A DNA stretch of 56,581 nt from a virus (IMGVR_UViG_3300020426_000005:1-56581), one strand, 5' to 3'; shown: positions 45,150 through 55,031, counted from the first letter of the stretch. The notes: a model not told the origin generated them from the sequence alone. Program-made: numbers and translations.

Positions 45150-45559
45150 TTGGATTTTTTGTAAATGTATTGTCCAGTCATACCATCATAGTAAGTCCTA
45201 ATTCTAATTGTATTGTTGTCTATAAATCTTCCTGAATAAGAAAAAGATCCATTATTTTCAATATTTATATAAGTTCCTTCTAACAAGAACCGATATGTAT
45301 TCGAATAGACATGACAATCTTCATTCAAAAAACTGTCATTCCAATAAGCACCAGTTATTTTTATTTCATCACTAGAAAACTCAACTTTTTGTTTTAAATC
45401 ACATTCATCAACATCCATTTGAACATCTTCATATGTATAAGACTGTAAATTATAGGTGCCAATTAAATCTTCCAAAGTAGGATTGAAATCTTCATTTGAA
45501 TCATCACTAGAACAACTAATAAAAAGAATAACGGTTAAAAGTAGAATTATTTTTTTCAT
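45146..45559 (-). CDS. lipoprotein, lipocalin-like (moron)
   Basis: MKKIILLLTVILFISCSSDD lipobox; LIGTYNL; AT-rich, opposite strand. Confidence 0.75.
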   Translation of the reverse strand: MKKIILLLTVILFISCSSDDSNEDFNPTLEDLIGTYNLQSYTYEDVQMDVDECDLKQKVEFSSDEIKITGAYWNDSFLNEDCHVYSNTYRFLLEGTYINIENNGSFSYSGRFIDNNTIRIRTYYDGMTGQYIYKKSN

Positions 45560-45596
45560 AACATCAAAATTTGCCACCAATATAAACAAATAATTA

Positions 45597-45656
45597 GCAT
45601 CTACGCATATCTAGCACAAGGGAAATCCCTTAACCCTTGATTGAAAAGTACATTGC
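45597..45656 (+). promoter_or_regulatory. putative late promoter 3
   Basis: GCATCTACGCATAT ... TACATTGC at 45649; same spacing as promoter 2. Confidence 0.6.
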
Positions 45657-45671
45657 AGCAAAACTGCGATT

Positions 45672-48113
45672 GTGAAGATATACCGCATAATAGAAGGCGT
45701 AAAAACCGAAATCCAAGATATAGAAGTAGACCAAAACACGGAACTCAACCAAAAGATTTCCGGGCAAGATCTTATTCGTTCTCGGTTTACTTCGGAAGGT
45801 TTCAAATATGATATACAGATAGGTGATTTTGTAGAATTCAAAAATGCCAGGTACACCATCCTGGACGAACCGCAGATCAAAAAATCGCAAAACGCTTTCA
45901 CCTATGATATTCAATTCAAATCCGATCAATACCTATACAACAATGTTCAGCTAAAGAATCCAGATACCGAAGAAGTAGAATTCTATTTGTTTGGAAGCGC
46001 TATCGATATGGTAAGCTTGGTGCTGCATAATATGAATCGTATCTACGGCACCGAAGGTGGTACGTACTATGCTGATTATGTAGAGCAAACCGAAGGAAAG
46101 AATATGCGATTCAATAATGTGAATTGCCTCACCGCCTTGGATCAAATCGCTAATGAATTTGAGTGCGAATTTGTGATAAAAGGCTACCAGCTTACTTTCC
46201 GAAAAAAGATCGGTAAAGAAACGGGGCTTACTTTTCGGTACAAAAAAGAACTTCGGGAAATAGAACGCCAAACTATTCAAAACGGGGAGTTGGTGACGGT
46301 GTTATATCCTTTTGGAAGTGAACGTAATATTACCAAAGACTACGGATCGAAACGACTAAAAATACCAAAGCTTACCAAAAATGTGGAGGTTTTTGGTACG
46401 ATAGAACGAGCGAAATACTTTGAAGATATTTATCCACGATTAAAAGGCGTGGTGGCTTCATCTTCTAATTATCGAACCTTCACCGATACTGGGATTGATT
46501 TTAATATTAACGATCAGTTGATTGGAGGTGCGACCGCAAAAGTAATTTTCAATACTGGTGATCTGGCCGGCCGTGAATATGAAATTGACCGGTATAACCC
46601 AAACAATAAGGAAATTGTACTTATCCCATACACCGATGATAGTAATTTCACCACGCCAAATGAAACATTTAAGCCGCGTGTAGGGGATAAATATGTACTG
46701 ATAAATATTGAAATGCCACAGGCGTATATTGATAATGCCGAAGAGGAACTGCAAGAACGAGCGCAGGAGTATATTGATACTTATTCGCAACCAAATGTTA
46801 TTTATAAGGTGTTGCCGCATTACCCGGAGCTTAGACGAAAAGAAATTGATATTGAACTTGGGGATATTGTTACGTTAATTGATGAAGATTTTGGGATCGA
46901 ATTTGAAACCCGTGTTTTAGGGCTTACGCAAAAAGTAAATAGTCCGTTTACCTATACTCTAGAAATCGGGAACCAGGTCACCATGAGTTACTTTTCTCAG
47001 GTCATGGGGGATCAGCGCGATATCAGAAACGACATCTACCAGAACGATAAATATTACAATGAACAGTTTAACCGGGTGTTTAATAATGTTCGGGGATTAA
47101 CAGCACCATTATATGTGAATCGTGGTGAATTCAGTCCGGCGAACTACTATTATAATAATCAAAACCGTAGGGATTACGTCTATCGGATTGTTAAGGAAGG
47201 AGAAGAGGAATTCAAAGAGTGGTATTACTACATTGGCCAAGATCACCAACGTGCGCAGTGGATCGAAGCGAACTGGCAACTTATTGGCGATAATTTCGAG
47301 ATTCTAGCAACAGAAACGTTATTGGCTCAAAATGCCAATATCGGGAAGTGGCTTATTCAAAACGGAATGATTGTTAGCCAATCCACTTATATAGATTCAA
47401 GTAACGAAGCGAATAACGAACCCACCGTACAGCTTAATGGAGAATATGGTTTCATGAAATTTGTTACTAAAAGGAATACAATTAACGATTCTGGGCGTAC
47501 AATTTCTGTAAAACAAACATTATTTATTGATGCAAGAACCGGAAGAATAAGCGCGGAATTTGAAGGTGTAGAATCGGCTTTTTCTCCTAATGGTTTGGTT
47601 ATAGGTAAATATGGAGGAGAAGTTGTGGAAGATCCTAACGGAACACGTGTAACTGCTTCTATTATTGGTAATGGAAAAGGAAGTCTTCCGAGAGGTCTTA
47701 CTTATGGAAATACTCCTGCTTATGCCGCAGGGGTAGTTGGATTTGCTGAAAATAGCTATGCAGGATCTAAAGCTGATACCTATGGAGGTGTGTTTTGGGA
47801 TCTAAAGTCACACGGTCGTTATGTGGGAGTAAAAAGAATACCTCAAACTCAGACTAGATATGATATACAACCTACAGACGAAGTTCTTAGCTGCTATAAT
47901 ACTCAAGATCTACACATCTACTTGCCAGAACCTAATAATTCTAAACCTGGAAGAAGAATACAAATAAAGAGAATTAATGCTCCGATTGGATTTCACGGAA
48001 AATTATTAACATCAAGAGAGCAAGACTATGAAGATATTAATGATGGTGATATGTGGACGTTAATAGATGACGGAGCCTATTGGTTAGCAAATTATCAAGG
48101 TAGAGCAGATTAA
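45672..48113 (+). CDS. tail tip / baseplate hub protein
   Basis: LYPFGSERNI, FEDIYP, FNTGDLAGRE, GDKYVL; GTG start. Confidence 0.8.
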   Translation: MKIYRIIEGVKTEIQDIEVDQNTELNQKISGQDLIRSRFTSEGFKYDIQIGDFVEFKNARYTILDEPQIKKSQNAFTYDIQFKSDQYLYNNVQLKNPDTEEVEFYLFGSAIDMVSLVLHNMNRIYGTEGGTYYADYVEQTEGKNMRFNNVNCLTALDQIANEFECEFVIKGYQLTFRKKIGKETGLTFRYKKELREIERQTIQNGELVTVLYPFGSERNITKDYGSKRLKIPKLTKNVEVFGTIERAKYFEDIYPRLKGVVASSSNYRTFTDTGIDFNINDQLIGGATAKVIFNTGDLAGREYEIDRYNPNNKEIVLIPYTDDSNFTTPNETFKPRVGDKYVLINIEMPQAYIDNAEEELQERAQEYIDTYSQPNVIYKVLPHYPELRRKEIDIELGDIVTLIDEDFGIEFETRVLGLTQKVNSPFTYTLEIGNQVTMSYFSQVMGDQRDIRNDIYQNDKYYNEQFNRVFNNVRGLTAPLYVNRGEFSPANYYYNNQNRRDYVYRIVKEGEEEFKEWYYYIGQDHQRAQWIEANWQLIGDNFEILATETLLAQNANIGKWLIQNGMIVSQSTYIDSSNEANNEPTVQLNGEYGFMKFVTKRNTINDSGRTISVKQTLFIDARTGRISAEFEGVESAFSPNGLVIGKYGGEVVEDPNGTRVTASIIGNGKGSLPRGLTYGNTPAYAAGVVGFAENSYAGSKADTYGGVFWDLKSHGRYVGVKRIPQTQTRYDIQPTDEVLSCYNTQDLHIYLPEPNNSKPGRRIQIKRINAPIGFHGKLLTSREQDYEDINDGDMWTLIDDGAYWLANYQGRAD

Positions 48114-49115
48114 ATGGAAAAATTCGCAGATATACTACTTAAAGATATTGGAATCATTGTGCAATTTATCAATGGCATTCTTGACCTTCCAAAGCGCGAA
48201 GGGGAAACCACTTATGATTGGGGCGATGAGATAGAACCGTTGGTAAGTGCAGAAGATATTTATTTTGGCACCCGTCAAATTGTGGTCGATGCTTTCTTCG
48301 ATAATCGAAAAGGATCATTTTTGGAAACTTCGGAAACACTACGTGCGATCACAGGAAATCAAACATTTGAAACCGAATACGGAAATTATCAGGTAAGACT
48401 GGATCGAATAGAAGTTAAGAAGTCCTACAAAACCGGGAAGTCTTTACAGATCATTTTTGTAGAACTCAACCCTGATCTTTCTGGACCATTACCCACTGCC
48501 TCACCGGCAAAATCAAAAGTAAAAATCGATGGTTATGATTTGCTGGCTAATTTCGGTTTGCTGGTTGAAAGTGCTGAACTTTCGGAAATATCGAAACTAA
48601 AAGCCTCTTCTCAAACGGTATTTCAAACCAATTACTTAAGTGTATATCGAGAACCTCAAGAACTTGAAGTAAAGGTAAATGGCATCTACGCATCTAAGGC
48701 AGAAATGACAATCAAAATAAACGCATTAAATCGGTTATTAGCTAAAGAAGGAATTAGATTTTTTGAATATCACGACCGCGGTTTTCAAGCTTATATGACT
48801 GAAGGCTATAAGGTGGATATCAAACGAAAACTGGTGACTTTGACCTTAAAATTGAATGTAATGGTAGATTATAATATAGATGCAATTGTACAGCGTGTGA
48901 TCGATGAGGTAAACATTCAGGTTAACCCACAAAGTGATTTGTCAATTACCGATAGTCAAGACCCTTCCTACATAAAAGGACGTGATACTTTCAAGGCAGC
49001 GGATAGTGCAAAGTTAAACGGTCAATCAGCGAGTTATTACGCCAAGGATAGTGAATTGGAAGCGGTAAGAACTACCGATTATGCCGATAGATTAGAAAAT
49101 GCAACGGATATATAA
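48114..49115 (+). CDS. distal-tail-like protein with two similar halves
   Basis: FADILLKDIGIIV / IDGYDLLANFGLLV; DSAKLNG near the C-terminus. Confidence 0.55.
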   Translation: MEKFADILLKDIGIIVQFINGILDLPKREGETTYDWGDEIEPLVSAEDIYFGTRQIVVDAFFDNRKGSFLETSETLRAITGNQTFETEYGNYQVRLDRIEVKKSYKTGKSLQIIFVELNPDLSGPLPTASPAKSKVKIDGYDLLANFGLLVESAELSEISKLKASSQTVFQTNYLSVYREPQELEVKVNGIYASKAEMTIKINALNRLLAKEGIRFFEYHDRGFQAYMTEGYKVDIKRKLVTLTLKLNVMVDYNIDAIVQRVIDEVNIQVNPQSDLSITDSQDPSYIKGRDTFKAADSAKLNGQSASYYAKDSELEAVRTTDYADRLENATDI

Positions 49116-50980
49116 TGCCAACAATTAAGCAAATATTAGATGATTTTGCGGATAAAATTTCTGCGAAGATCAATGCCCTTAATACTAAGATTGGCGAGAT
49201 ATCGCCTTTTGTTGGCTTAAGTCCTAATGCCGGGAATTCGCTAAGTGAAGATGCTGAAGGTAAATTATTTTTCAAGGAACGTACTCCTGAAGAAATAGCT
49301 CAGGCTTATGAAAGTGTTAATGGTGTTAAAAGATACACAGATGAGGACAAGCAGACGGTTGATAATTTTGGGCAAACCATAATCGATGTTGAAACCAAAA
49401 CTGGGTCTCAAACAAAAGCCGATGCTGCTGAAGCAAATGCTATAGCGCATAGTGATGCCAATGATGCAGACCAACTCCTACGTATTGAAGATAACGAAGA
49501 TGATATTGCAAACCATGAGTTAAGGATATCGAACCTTGAAGATTCGGATGGGGGAACCTCAGAACCTGTTAATATCGAGAAAACAGTTACGGACGAGAAT
49601 TACGCGCTTATTTCGGAAGACAAAGGATTAAATAGAATCATTAATTTCAACTCAAATTCTGATCAAAATGTAATCGTTAACGAGAACATTTTTCAAAGCA
49701 CTGACATTATAAATATTTGGAGAAAAGGTGATGGTGAATTAAAAATTTTGGAGGGATCTAATGTTAGAGGTAGAGGCGTTCGAAACTCTCTGAATGAATT
49801 TGTGATTAATCAACAGTATTCAGGAGCTTGTATAATATTCGAAAGTACTAATGTATTTCGAATATTTGGGGCACTTCAGGCTGGAACTTCGGGAGCCGTT
49901 GTAATCAATTCTATATCAAACACAGAAGTTGAAGAAGGTCAAAATTATACTATAACAATACAAGGTGAAAACATATTTCCCGGCACAACTGTAAGCGCTG
50001 AAAATGGAAATGTTTCTAATATTGTTATAGTTTCCGAAAATGAAATTTCATTTGATTTAGAAGTTACTGGAATAGTTGGGGATTTCATCAACCTTACCAT
50101 CGATAATGGCTATATCTCAAGTTTTGATGACGTAATAGAAATTGTGGCGGAAGTTTCTAATTACTTATATGCGACTCACCAATTCAAAGTGGGGTATGCT
50201 CTTCAAAAACTTAATGAAAGTGCCGTATACGCCGTTCAGATAAGACGTGATTCAGATAATAGCACTACAGACGTAGGTTTTGATGCGAATGGGAAAATTT
50301 CGCTTGCTTCACCTGTCTCAGTTGGTGGTGATTTAGGCACATGGATAGGCAGTAATAATGGGTATGTTGTTAAGCGTTACAATCAAGGTGAAATCGGTAC
50401 TTTCGACCAGGTTAACACAACGAACGCTGCTCAGCCGCAATTAATAGCAAATGGGGCCTTAATTACTTTTAATTCCAAACCGCAAATCAAATGGGATGGA
50501 GTCGATGATGTATTAGCTACTTCAGATTCGTTTAACTGGGCAGATAATGCATTCACGATGATTTCGCGAAATGCGCCATTGACAAATCACAACGGTATTT
50601 TTCTAGGTAGCTATTCTACGACGTTCGATACTCCAAAAAAAATATTCCAACTGAAATACAAGTCAGGAGGCAACTATCAATTCCTTATGAGTGATGGTTC
50701 TGATGCTATTACGGAAATTAACAGTTCTGTAGTGGCGAATTCAAACGAGCATACAGTTGTCGCTGTTGCTAATCTTGCCAAGGAATTAGATCTCTATGTT
50801 GACGGTGTTCTTGAAGTTGAAAACGCTTCTATACCAACAGTAACGAAAACAAATATTCTTAGCTCCGGAATGGCTGCGGGCAATAATCCATTTAACGGTT
50901 ATTCAAACTGTGATATTTACTTTTCAAACGAAAAAACGGCGGTAGAAATAACTGAAATAATCGCAAAAATCGACGCGTAA
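49115..50980 (+). CDS. tail fibre / receptor-binding protein with Ig-like and LamG/ConA-like regions
   Basis: ITIQGENI (IPT-like), IRRDSDN, WDGVDD, LDLYVDGV. Confidence 0.7.
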   Translation: MPTIKQILDDFADKISAKINALNTKIGEISPFVGLSPNAGNSLSEDAEGKLFFKERTPEEIAQAYESVNGVKRYTDEDKQTVDNFGQTIIDVETKTGSQTKADAAEANAIAHSDANDADQLLRIEDNEDDIANHELRISNLEDSDGGTSEPVNIEKTVTDENYALISEDKGLNRIINFNSNSDQNVIVNENIFQSTDIINIWRKGDGELKILEGSNVRGRGVRNSLNEFVINQQYSGACIIFESTNVFRIFGALQAGTSGAVVINSISNTEVEEGQNYTITIQGENIFPGTTVSAENGNVSNIVIVSENEISFDLEVTGIVGDFINLTIDNGYISSFDDVIEIVAEVSNYLYATHQFKVGYALQKLNESAVYAVQIRRDSDNSTTDVGFDANGKISLASPVSVGGDLGTWIGSNNGYVVKRYNQGEIGTFDQVNTTNAAQPQLIANGALITFNSKPQIKWDGVDDVLATSDSFNWADNAFTMISRNAPLTNHNGIFLGSYSTTFDTPKKIFQLKYKSGGNYQFLMSDGSDAITEINSSVVANSNEHTVVAVANLAKELDLYVDGVLEVENASIPTVTKTNILSSGMAAGNNPFNGYSNCDIYFSNEKTAVEITEIIAKIDA

Positions 50981-51948
50981 TGATTCAAAAAATGTTAATG
51001 CAAAGCTGCGGTTATACGAGTAATGTTTCGGCTGATATTAAAAAGCAACCCCCAGAACTGAAACTTAATTCAGCCAATTACACGCCAGATTCTATTTACT
51101 GGTTTCGCCCGTATTTGGCCAGTGATTACCCTGAACTAACTTGCGACAAGAAGTATATATTTCTCTACTCTACCGATCATGATAGCGGTCAAGGTGGTAT
51201 TTATTGGGGCAAAGGTAACAACCTAAATCTTTCTGACTTCGAAGAGGTAGGGCTTATAATAGACGGTTATCAAGCGGAAACCCCTTTTTTGATGCGTTTT
51301 CCGCAAAATGATAGACCTATACACCTCTATTATCATACAACGCTTAATGACCCACAAAATAACGGGCATCAAGAAACCAAGTTGATTACGACCACAGGCG
51401 GTGAATTACACACCGCTGATTGGACTTACGAGGGGCATCCACTTGGAACTTTCCCTGAAGATCAGCACACCGGATATCTGAAATTTTGGGAGACACAAGC
51501 CGGTATAATAGGCACGCATTACCGGAAAGGATCAAATGCTCAAACCGGATATATAGGCGAATGGCAGTACTCGACGACTGTCGATGGATTAACTTTTCAA
51601 CGTGGCGAAATTGTCAACGTGCTTGATAACATTGAAGGGAATCGTCGCTATGTGCCTTCTTTCGGATGGTTCTTTGAAATGTATGGAAAGTGGTGGTATA
51701 TCGGTAGCTCAGAGAGTTCTGTATTGCCATTCGGAGCCGGCAATGAAACCAAGCAGTTAATTGTAGCCAAGTCAAATTCAAACTTAGAATTCAAAAAACA
51801 GCTTGCAATTCTTAATAATTCTCAGTTTACACGAAATTGGGAAATATATATAGAAGAAGAGAAAGAGTTAGCGCATCTATATCTCAATGAGAAAGAGGAT
51901 GGGCTTTTTTATTCGACATGGGATTTGAAAAATTTAAAACAATTATAA
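50980..51948 (+). CDS. putative beta-propeller glycoside-hydrolase-like protein
   Basis: YSTDH, AETP, LYYH, STTVDGLTF (Asp-box-like). Confidence 0.5.
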   Translation: MIQKMLMQSCGYTSNVSADIKKQPPELKLNSANYTPDSIYWFRPYLASDYPELTCDKKYIFLYSTDHDSGQGGIYWGKGNNLNLSDFEEVGLIIDGYQAETPFLMRFPQNDRPIHLYYHTTLNDPQNNGHQETKLITTTGGELHTADWTYEGHPLGTFPEDQHTGYLKFWETQAGIIGTHYRKGSNAQTGYIGEWQYSTTVDGLTFQRGEIVNVLDNIEGNRRYVPSFGWFFEMYGKWWYIGSSESSVLPFGAGNETKQLIVAKSNSNLEFKKQLAILNNSQFTRNWEIYIEEEKELAHLYLNEKEDGLFYSTWDLKNLKQL

Positions 51949-51952
51949 AATC

Positions 51953-52405
51953 ATGAAAAACATCATCAATCAAATTTTTAACCGTAAGCTTTTTAAGAAA
52001 GTAGGTGGAGCCGTTTTTTACATAGATCTGCTTTTTGCATCATTTCTTATCGCAATTACAATAGCAGGAATTGGGTTATTTAATGCCGTGAAATTCGGGT
52101 TTCAATACTCCTTTTTCGAGTTTCTTTTCTTCATTCCTTTCATAGTCTTAGTGGCACTATTTATCGAAAAATGGCACAATCCAAAATCGAATTGGGAAGA
52201 TCTGGATGATTGGTCGATGCTTGACTATTTGAACGGGTTAAGAACTAAAACAGGGATTCAGAAAGTTCACCAAAAATCACTGTCTAAAAAGTTTGTAAAT
52301 CATTTCGGAGTAAGCATGGAGTACGTTAAATCTAAGTGGTACAACGTGTTTCAACCGTGGTTGATTCTACCTATAATACTAATTCTATACTTCATATTCA
52401 AATAA
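51953..52405 (+). CDS. membrane protein (about 3 TM)
   Basis: hydrophobic segments. Confidence 0.65.
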   Translation: MKNIINQIFNRKLFKKVGGAVFYIDLLFASFLIAITIAGIGLFNAVKFGFQYSFFEFLFFIPFIVLVALFIEKWHNPKSNWEDLDDWSMLDYLNGLRTKTGIQKVHQKSLSKKFVNHFGVSMEYVKSKWYNVFQPWLILPIILILYFIFK

Positions 52406-52989
52406 TGAAATACGCAAAATACATAGCATGGTTATTAGTTGATTGGCTGTTTTACATCCTTCAATTTATTTTCTTTTTTCCTAATTATTGGAGTTACTTA
52501 CTAGGGTTTAGAATTCCTGTTATAATGTGGTTCTTCCATTGGAACAACCCATACGGATACAGGCATGAACGATACTGGAAGCACTACGGAAAAGAAAAGT
52601 GGTGGGTTGCATGGAAATGGAACTGCATTAGAAATTCGCATTGGTGGTTTAAAACTGAAGTTTGGACACCTTTATTCGGTAAGATCACAAAGCTTAATTA
52701 TCTAGTTAATTCTTTCGGCATAGATAACGCTTACAGCATGCCACCTAACGAAAATAACCCCGGCAAGATACATCTAACTTATACTATCGATAATAAGAAA
52801 GAATATTTCTTTTATGCGCGATGTTTGCCTTGGAAAAATCTACTAGGAAAATGGGTATTTCTGCAAATTCATTGCGGTGCGCAGCCTAATTACCGTTATA
52901 CCCTTAAGATCAGGTTTTTGAATTTCGAAAATAAATATGCAAGTATCGATGCGTTTTACGAAAGGCATCCTGAATTGAAATTAAAATAA
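52405..52989 (+). CDS. Trp-rich membrane-associated hypothetical protein
   Basis: N-terminal TM; WKWNCIRN; start moved to MKYAK. Confidence 0.6.
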   Translation: MKYAKYIAWLLVDWLFYILQFIFFFPNYWSYLLGFRIPVIMWFFHWNNPYGYRHERYWKHYGKEKWWVAWKWNCIRNSHWWFKTEVWTPLFGKITKLNYLVNSFGIDNAYSMPPNENNPGKIHLTYTIDNKKEYFFYARCLPWKNLLGKWVFLQIHCGAQPNYRYTLKIRFLNFENKYASIDAFYERHPELKLK

Positions 52990-52990
52990 A

Positions 52991-53560
52991 ATGAAAAAAT
53001 TATTAGCCTATTTAGTTCATGCAATGTTAGTTTTTGCGGAAAGTGAAACTACAATCGATAGAATTATAGCCTACATAAAATCATCATGGCTTTTTAGCAC
53101 TATCGCTTTCTTTCTTGGTGCGCTAAATATGTGGTTTGCAGACAACCAATCATTCACAGGTTTTGCTATGGGTTTTGTTTTTGTCAATTCTGCAATAGGT
53201 GGATGGGTGCATTTAAAGAAAAGTGAATTTGTAGGTAGATTCAGTTGGGAAGATCTATTTCTAAAAACGGTAAAAATGATCTGTATAATGTGGCTGGTGT
53301 ATTTTGTTCTGGAAGGTATTGTTTCACCAATAGGTGAAGGTGCTATTTTGGATGGAATAATAGCATCGTTTCAAGTCGCCACCCTTCTTTATCCAGGTTC
53401 AAAGATTTTAAAAAACATATTCGTGTGGTCCGATGGTGAACATCCACCAAAATACATCATGGATAAGATATTTAATTTCAAAAAGGACGGTAATCTGCAA
53501 AAGTTATTCTCCAGTGATACAGATACGGAAAATAAGAACCAAGCTGAATACGAAGATTAA
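52991..53560 (+). CDS. holin (probable)
   Basis: 3-4 TM segments, charged C-terminal tail, directly upstream of the endolysin. Confidence 0.7.
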   Translation: MKKLLAYLVHAMLVFAESETTIDRIIAYIKSSWLFSTIAFFLGALNMWFADNQSFTGFAMGFVFVNSAIGGWVHLKKSEFVGRFSWEDLFLKTVKMICIMWLVYFVLEGIVSPIGEGAILDGIIASFQVATLLYPGSKILKNIFVWSDGEHPPKYIMDKIFNFKKDGNLQKLFSSDTDTENKNQAEYED

Positions 53561-53590
53561 TCATTCATCATCAATCAAAAACGAATAGTT

Positions 53591-54133
53591 ATGAAGATCA
53601 CATTTGAAAAAATACTATTTACGGAAAAGCTAGATCCAGAAATTTTAAAATGTTCAGTCGAAGAGTTTCTATTTAAAGTTCAGGACGTGGCGGTAAAACT
53701 TAAGGTGCCCGTAGATAGTTTAATGCTCTTAATAGATTTAGAGAGCGCAGGAACTTTTAGCCCTTCCATTACCAATTCTCTAGGCTATACTGGCTTAATA
53801 CAATTCGGTAAGGTAGCAGCACAAGAGGTTGGAACAACTAGGGATCAACTTAGGGAAATGAATGCGTGTGAACAAATGGACTATGTCTATTTATATCTGA
53901 AAAAGTATGTAAACCGCATGAAAACGCTATCTGATATTTATCTAGCTGTTTTCTTTCCTGCAGCGATAGGCAAGCCAGACGATTGGGTTTTGCATTCACG
54001 AAATTTAACACCTGAAAAAGTTGCTATCTGGAATCCACTTTTCGACATCAACAAAGATCAAAAATTACAGATTTGGGAAATTAAACAGAAGCTTAAAAAG
54101 CGTGTTCCGAAATCACATCTACATTTAGTATAA
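53591..54133 (+). CDS. endolysin, lytic transglycosylase / lysozyme-like
   Basis: ESAGTF...GLIQF; DIYLAVFFP. Confidence 0.8.
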   Translation: MKITFEKILFTEKLDPEILKCSVEEFLFKVQDVAVKLKVPVDSLMLLIDLESAGTFSPSITNSLGYTGLIQFGKVAAQEVGTTRDQLREMNACEQMDYVYLYLKKYVNRMKTLSDIYLAVFFPAAIGKPDDWVLHSRNLTPEKVAIWNPLFDINKDQKLQIWEIKQKLKKRVPKSHLHLV

Positions 54134-54149
54134 TCATAACACATCAATC

Positions 54150-54335
54150 ATGAAAACAACAATTTTTAAATTCATTTTATTTTTTCTGGCCGGAGTGATC
54201 CTAATATCATTTTGCGGTTTTATTTATATGCTTTTCAGTCCGGACTATTCAACCGGCCAGCGTATAGGAGCAATTGCTACAACGATAATTGCAGGCGGTG
54301 CCGGTTATTACATTCTGAAACAATTAAGCATATGA
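54150..54335 (+). CDS. small 2-TM membrane protein
   Basis: 61 aa, in the lysis cassette. Confidence 0.6.
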   Translation: MKTTIFKFILFFLAGVILISFCGFIYMLFSPDYSTGQRIGAIATTIIAGGAGYYILKQLSI

Positions 54336-54685
54336 AACTATCCCAGCAAACATGGATCATTATTTTAGGCATTGCACTGGCCGCTTCGATCATTTACATT
54401 ATAGATCAAAATTCAACGATCAATTCGCTCGACAATCTATTAGAGAGCGAAAAAGAAAAGAAAGAACAATTAATCGAGCAAAACAGAAAACTGGAACAGC
54501 TACTGAAGAGTAGAACCGATAAGCTAGACCAATCTGCAAACGAAGATGTACAGACCGCGCAGGATCTGGAAGAACAAAAAGAGCAACTTAAAAACGACGA
54601 ATATGAAAACGAGCCTTATCGTATTAATGATGCTGATAGCCTTTACGGGGTTATCGCAAGAAGATTCGACAAAAGTAAGCCTTAG
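54332..54685 (+). CDS. i-spanin-like protein
   Basis: N-terminal TM plus coiled coil; start moved to MKLSQ. Confidence 0.6.
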   Translation: MKLSQQTWIIILGIALAASIIYIIDQNSTINSLDNLLESEKEKKEQLIEQNRKLEQLLKSRTDKLDQSANEDVQTAQDLEEQKEQLKNDEYENEPYRINDADSLYGVIARRFDKSKP

Positions 54686-54971
54686 TTTTCTTCAAAATGT
54701 AGAAAGCCAGCTAAGAGAGTTAGATCGTCGCAGGCAGGAAAACATAGCTAACGATTTAATTATTGCGAAATATAAATCGGCTAACCAAAAATTAACCGAA
54801 TCTAACCAGATCAAAGACCAGCGTATTAGCTTGCTTCAAAATTCTTTAGACCAGGCTTTGCAACTTTACGAGATCGAGCAAAAAGAAAAGCCTAAGAATA
54901 CCTGGTTTATTGATATTCTTAAAATACTAGGAGCGTTGGGTGTAGGTTTTACACTGGGAAGTGTTTTTTAA
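54603..54971 (+). CDS. overlapping spanin-like partner
   Basis: signal peptide, coiled coil, C-terminal hydrophobic helix; overlaps the 3' end of the i-spanin-like gene. Confidence 0.55.
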   Translation: MKTSLIVLMMLIAFTGLSQEDSTKVSLSFLQNVESQLRELDRRRQENIANDLIIAKYKSANQKLTESNQIKDQRISLLQNSLDQALQLYEIEQKEKPKNTWFIDILKILGALGVGFTLGSVF

Positions 54972-55002
54972 CTTGTCAAGTATTCCTTTACAACTCAACA
55001 AA

Positions 55003-55026
55003 AAACCCGGTCGTTATGCCGGGTTT
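55003..55026. terminator. bidirectional terminator
   Basis: AAACCCGG/CCGGGTTT between convergent operons. Confidence 0.75.
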
Positions 55027-55031
55027 AGTTT

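Noticed and set aside
32425-49474. Many antisense or alternative-frame ORFs inside structural genes (e.g. 33095-33538, 41786-42106, 46458-46820)
   Set aside because: They lie within well-supported genes and show no motifs or expression signals, unlike the 19108-20070 overlap
45672-51948. Diversity-generating retroelement or invertible tail-fibre cassette
   Set aside because: No reverse transcriptase, invertase or TR/VR-type repeat pair was seen
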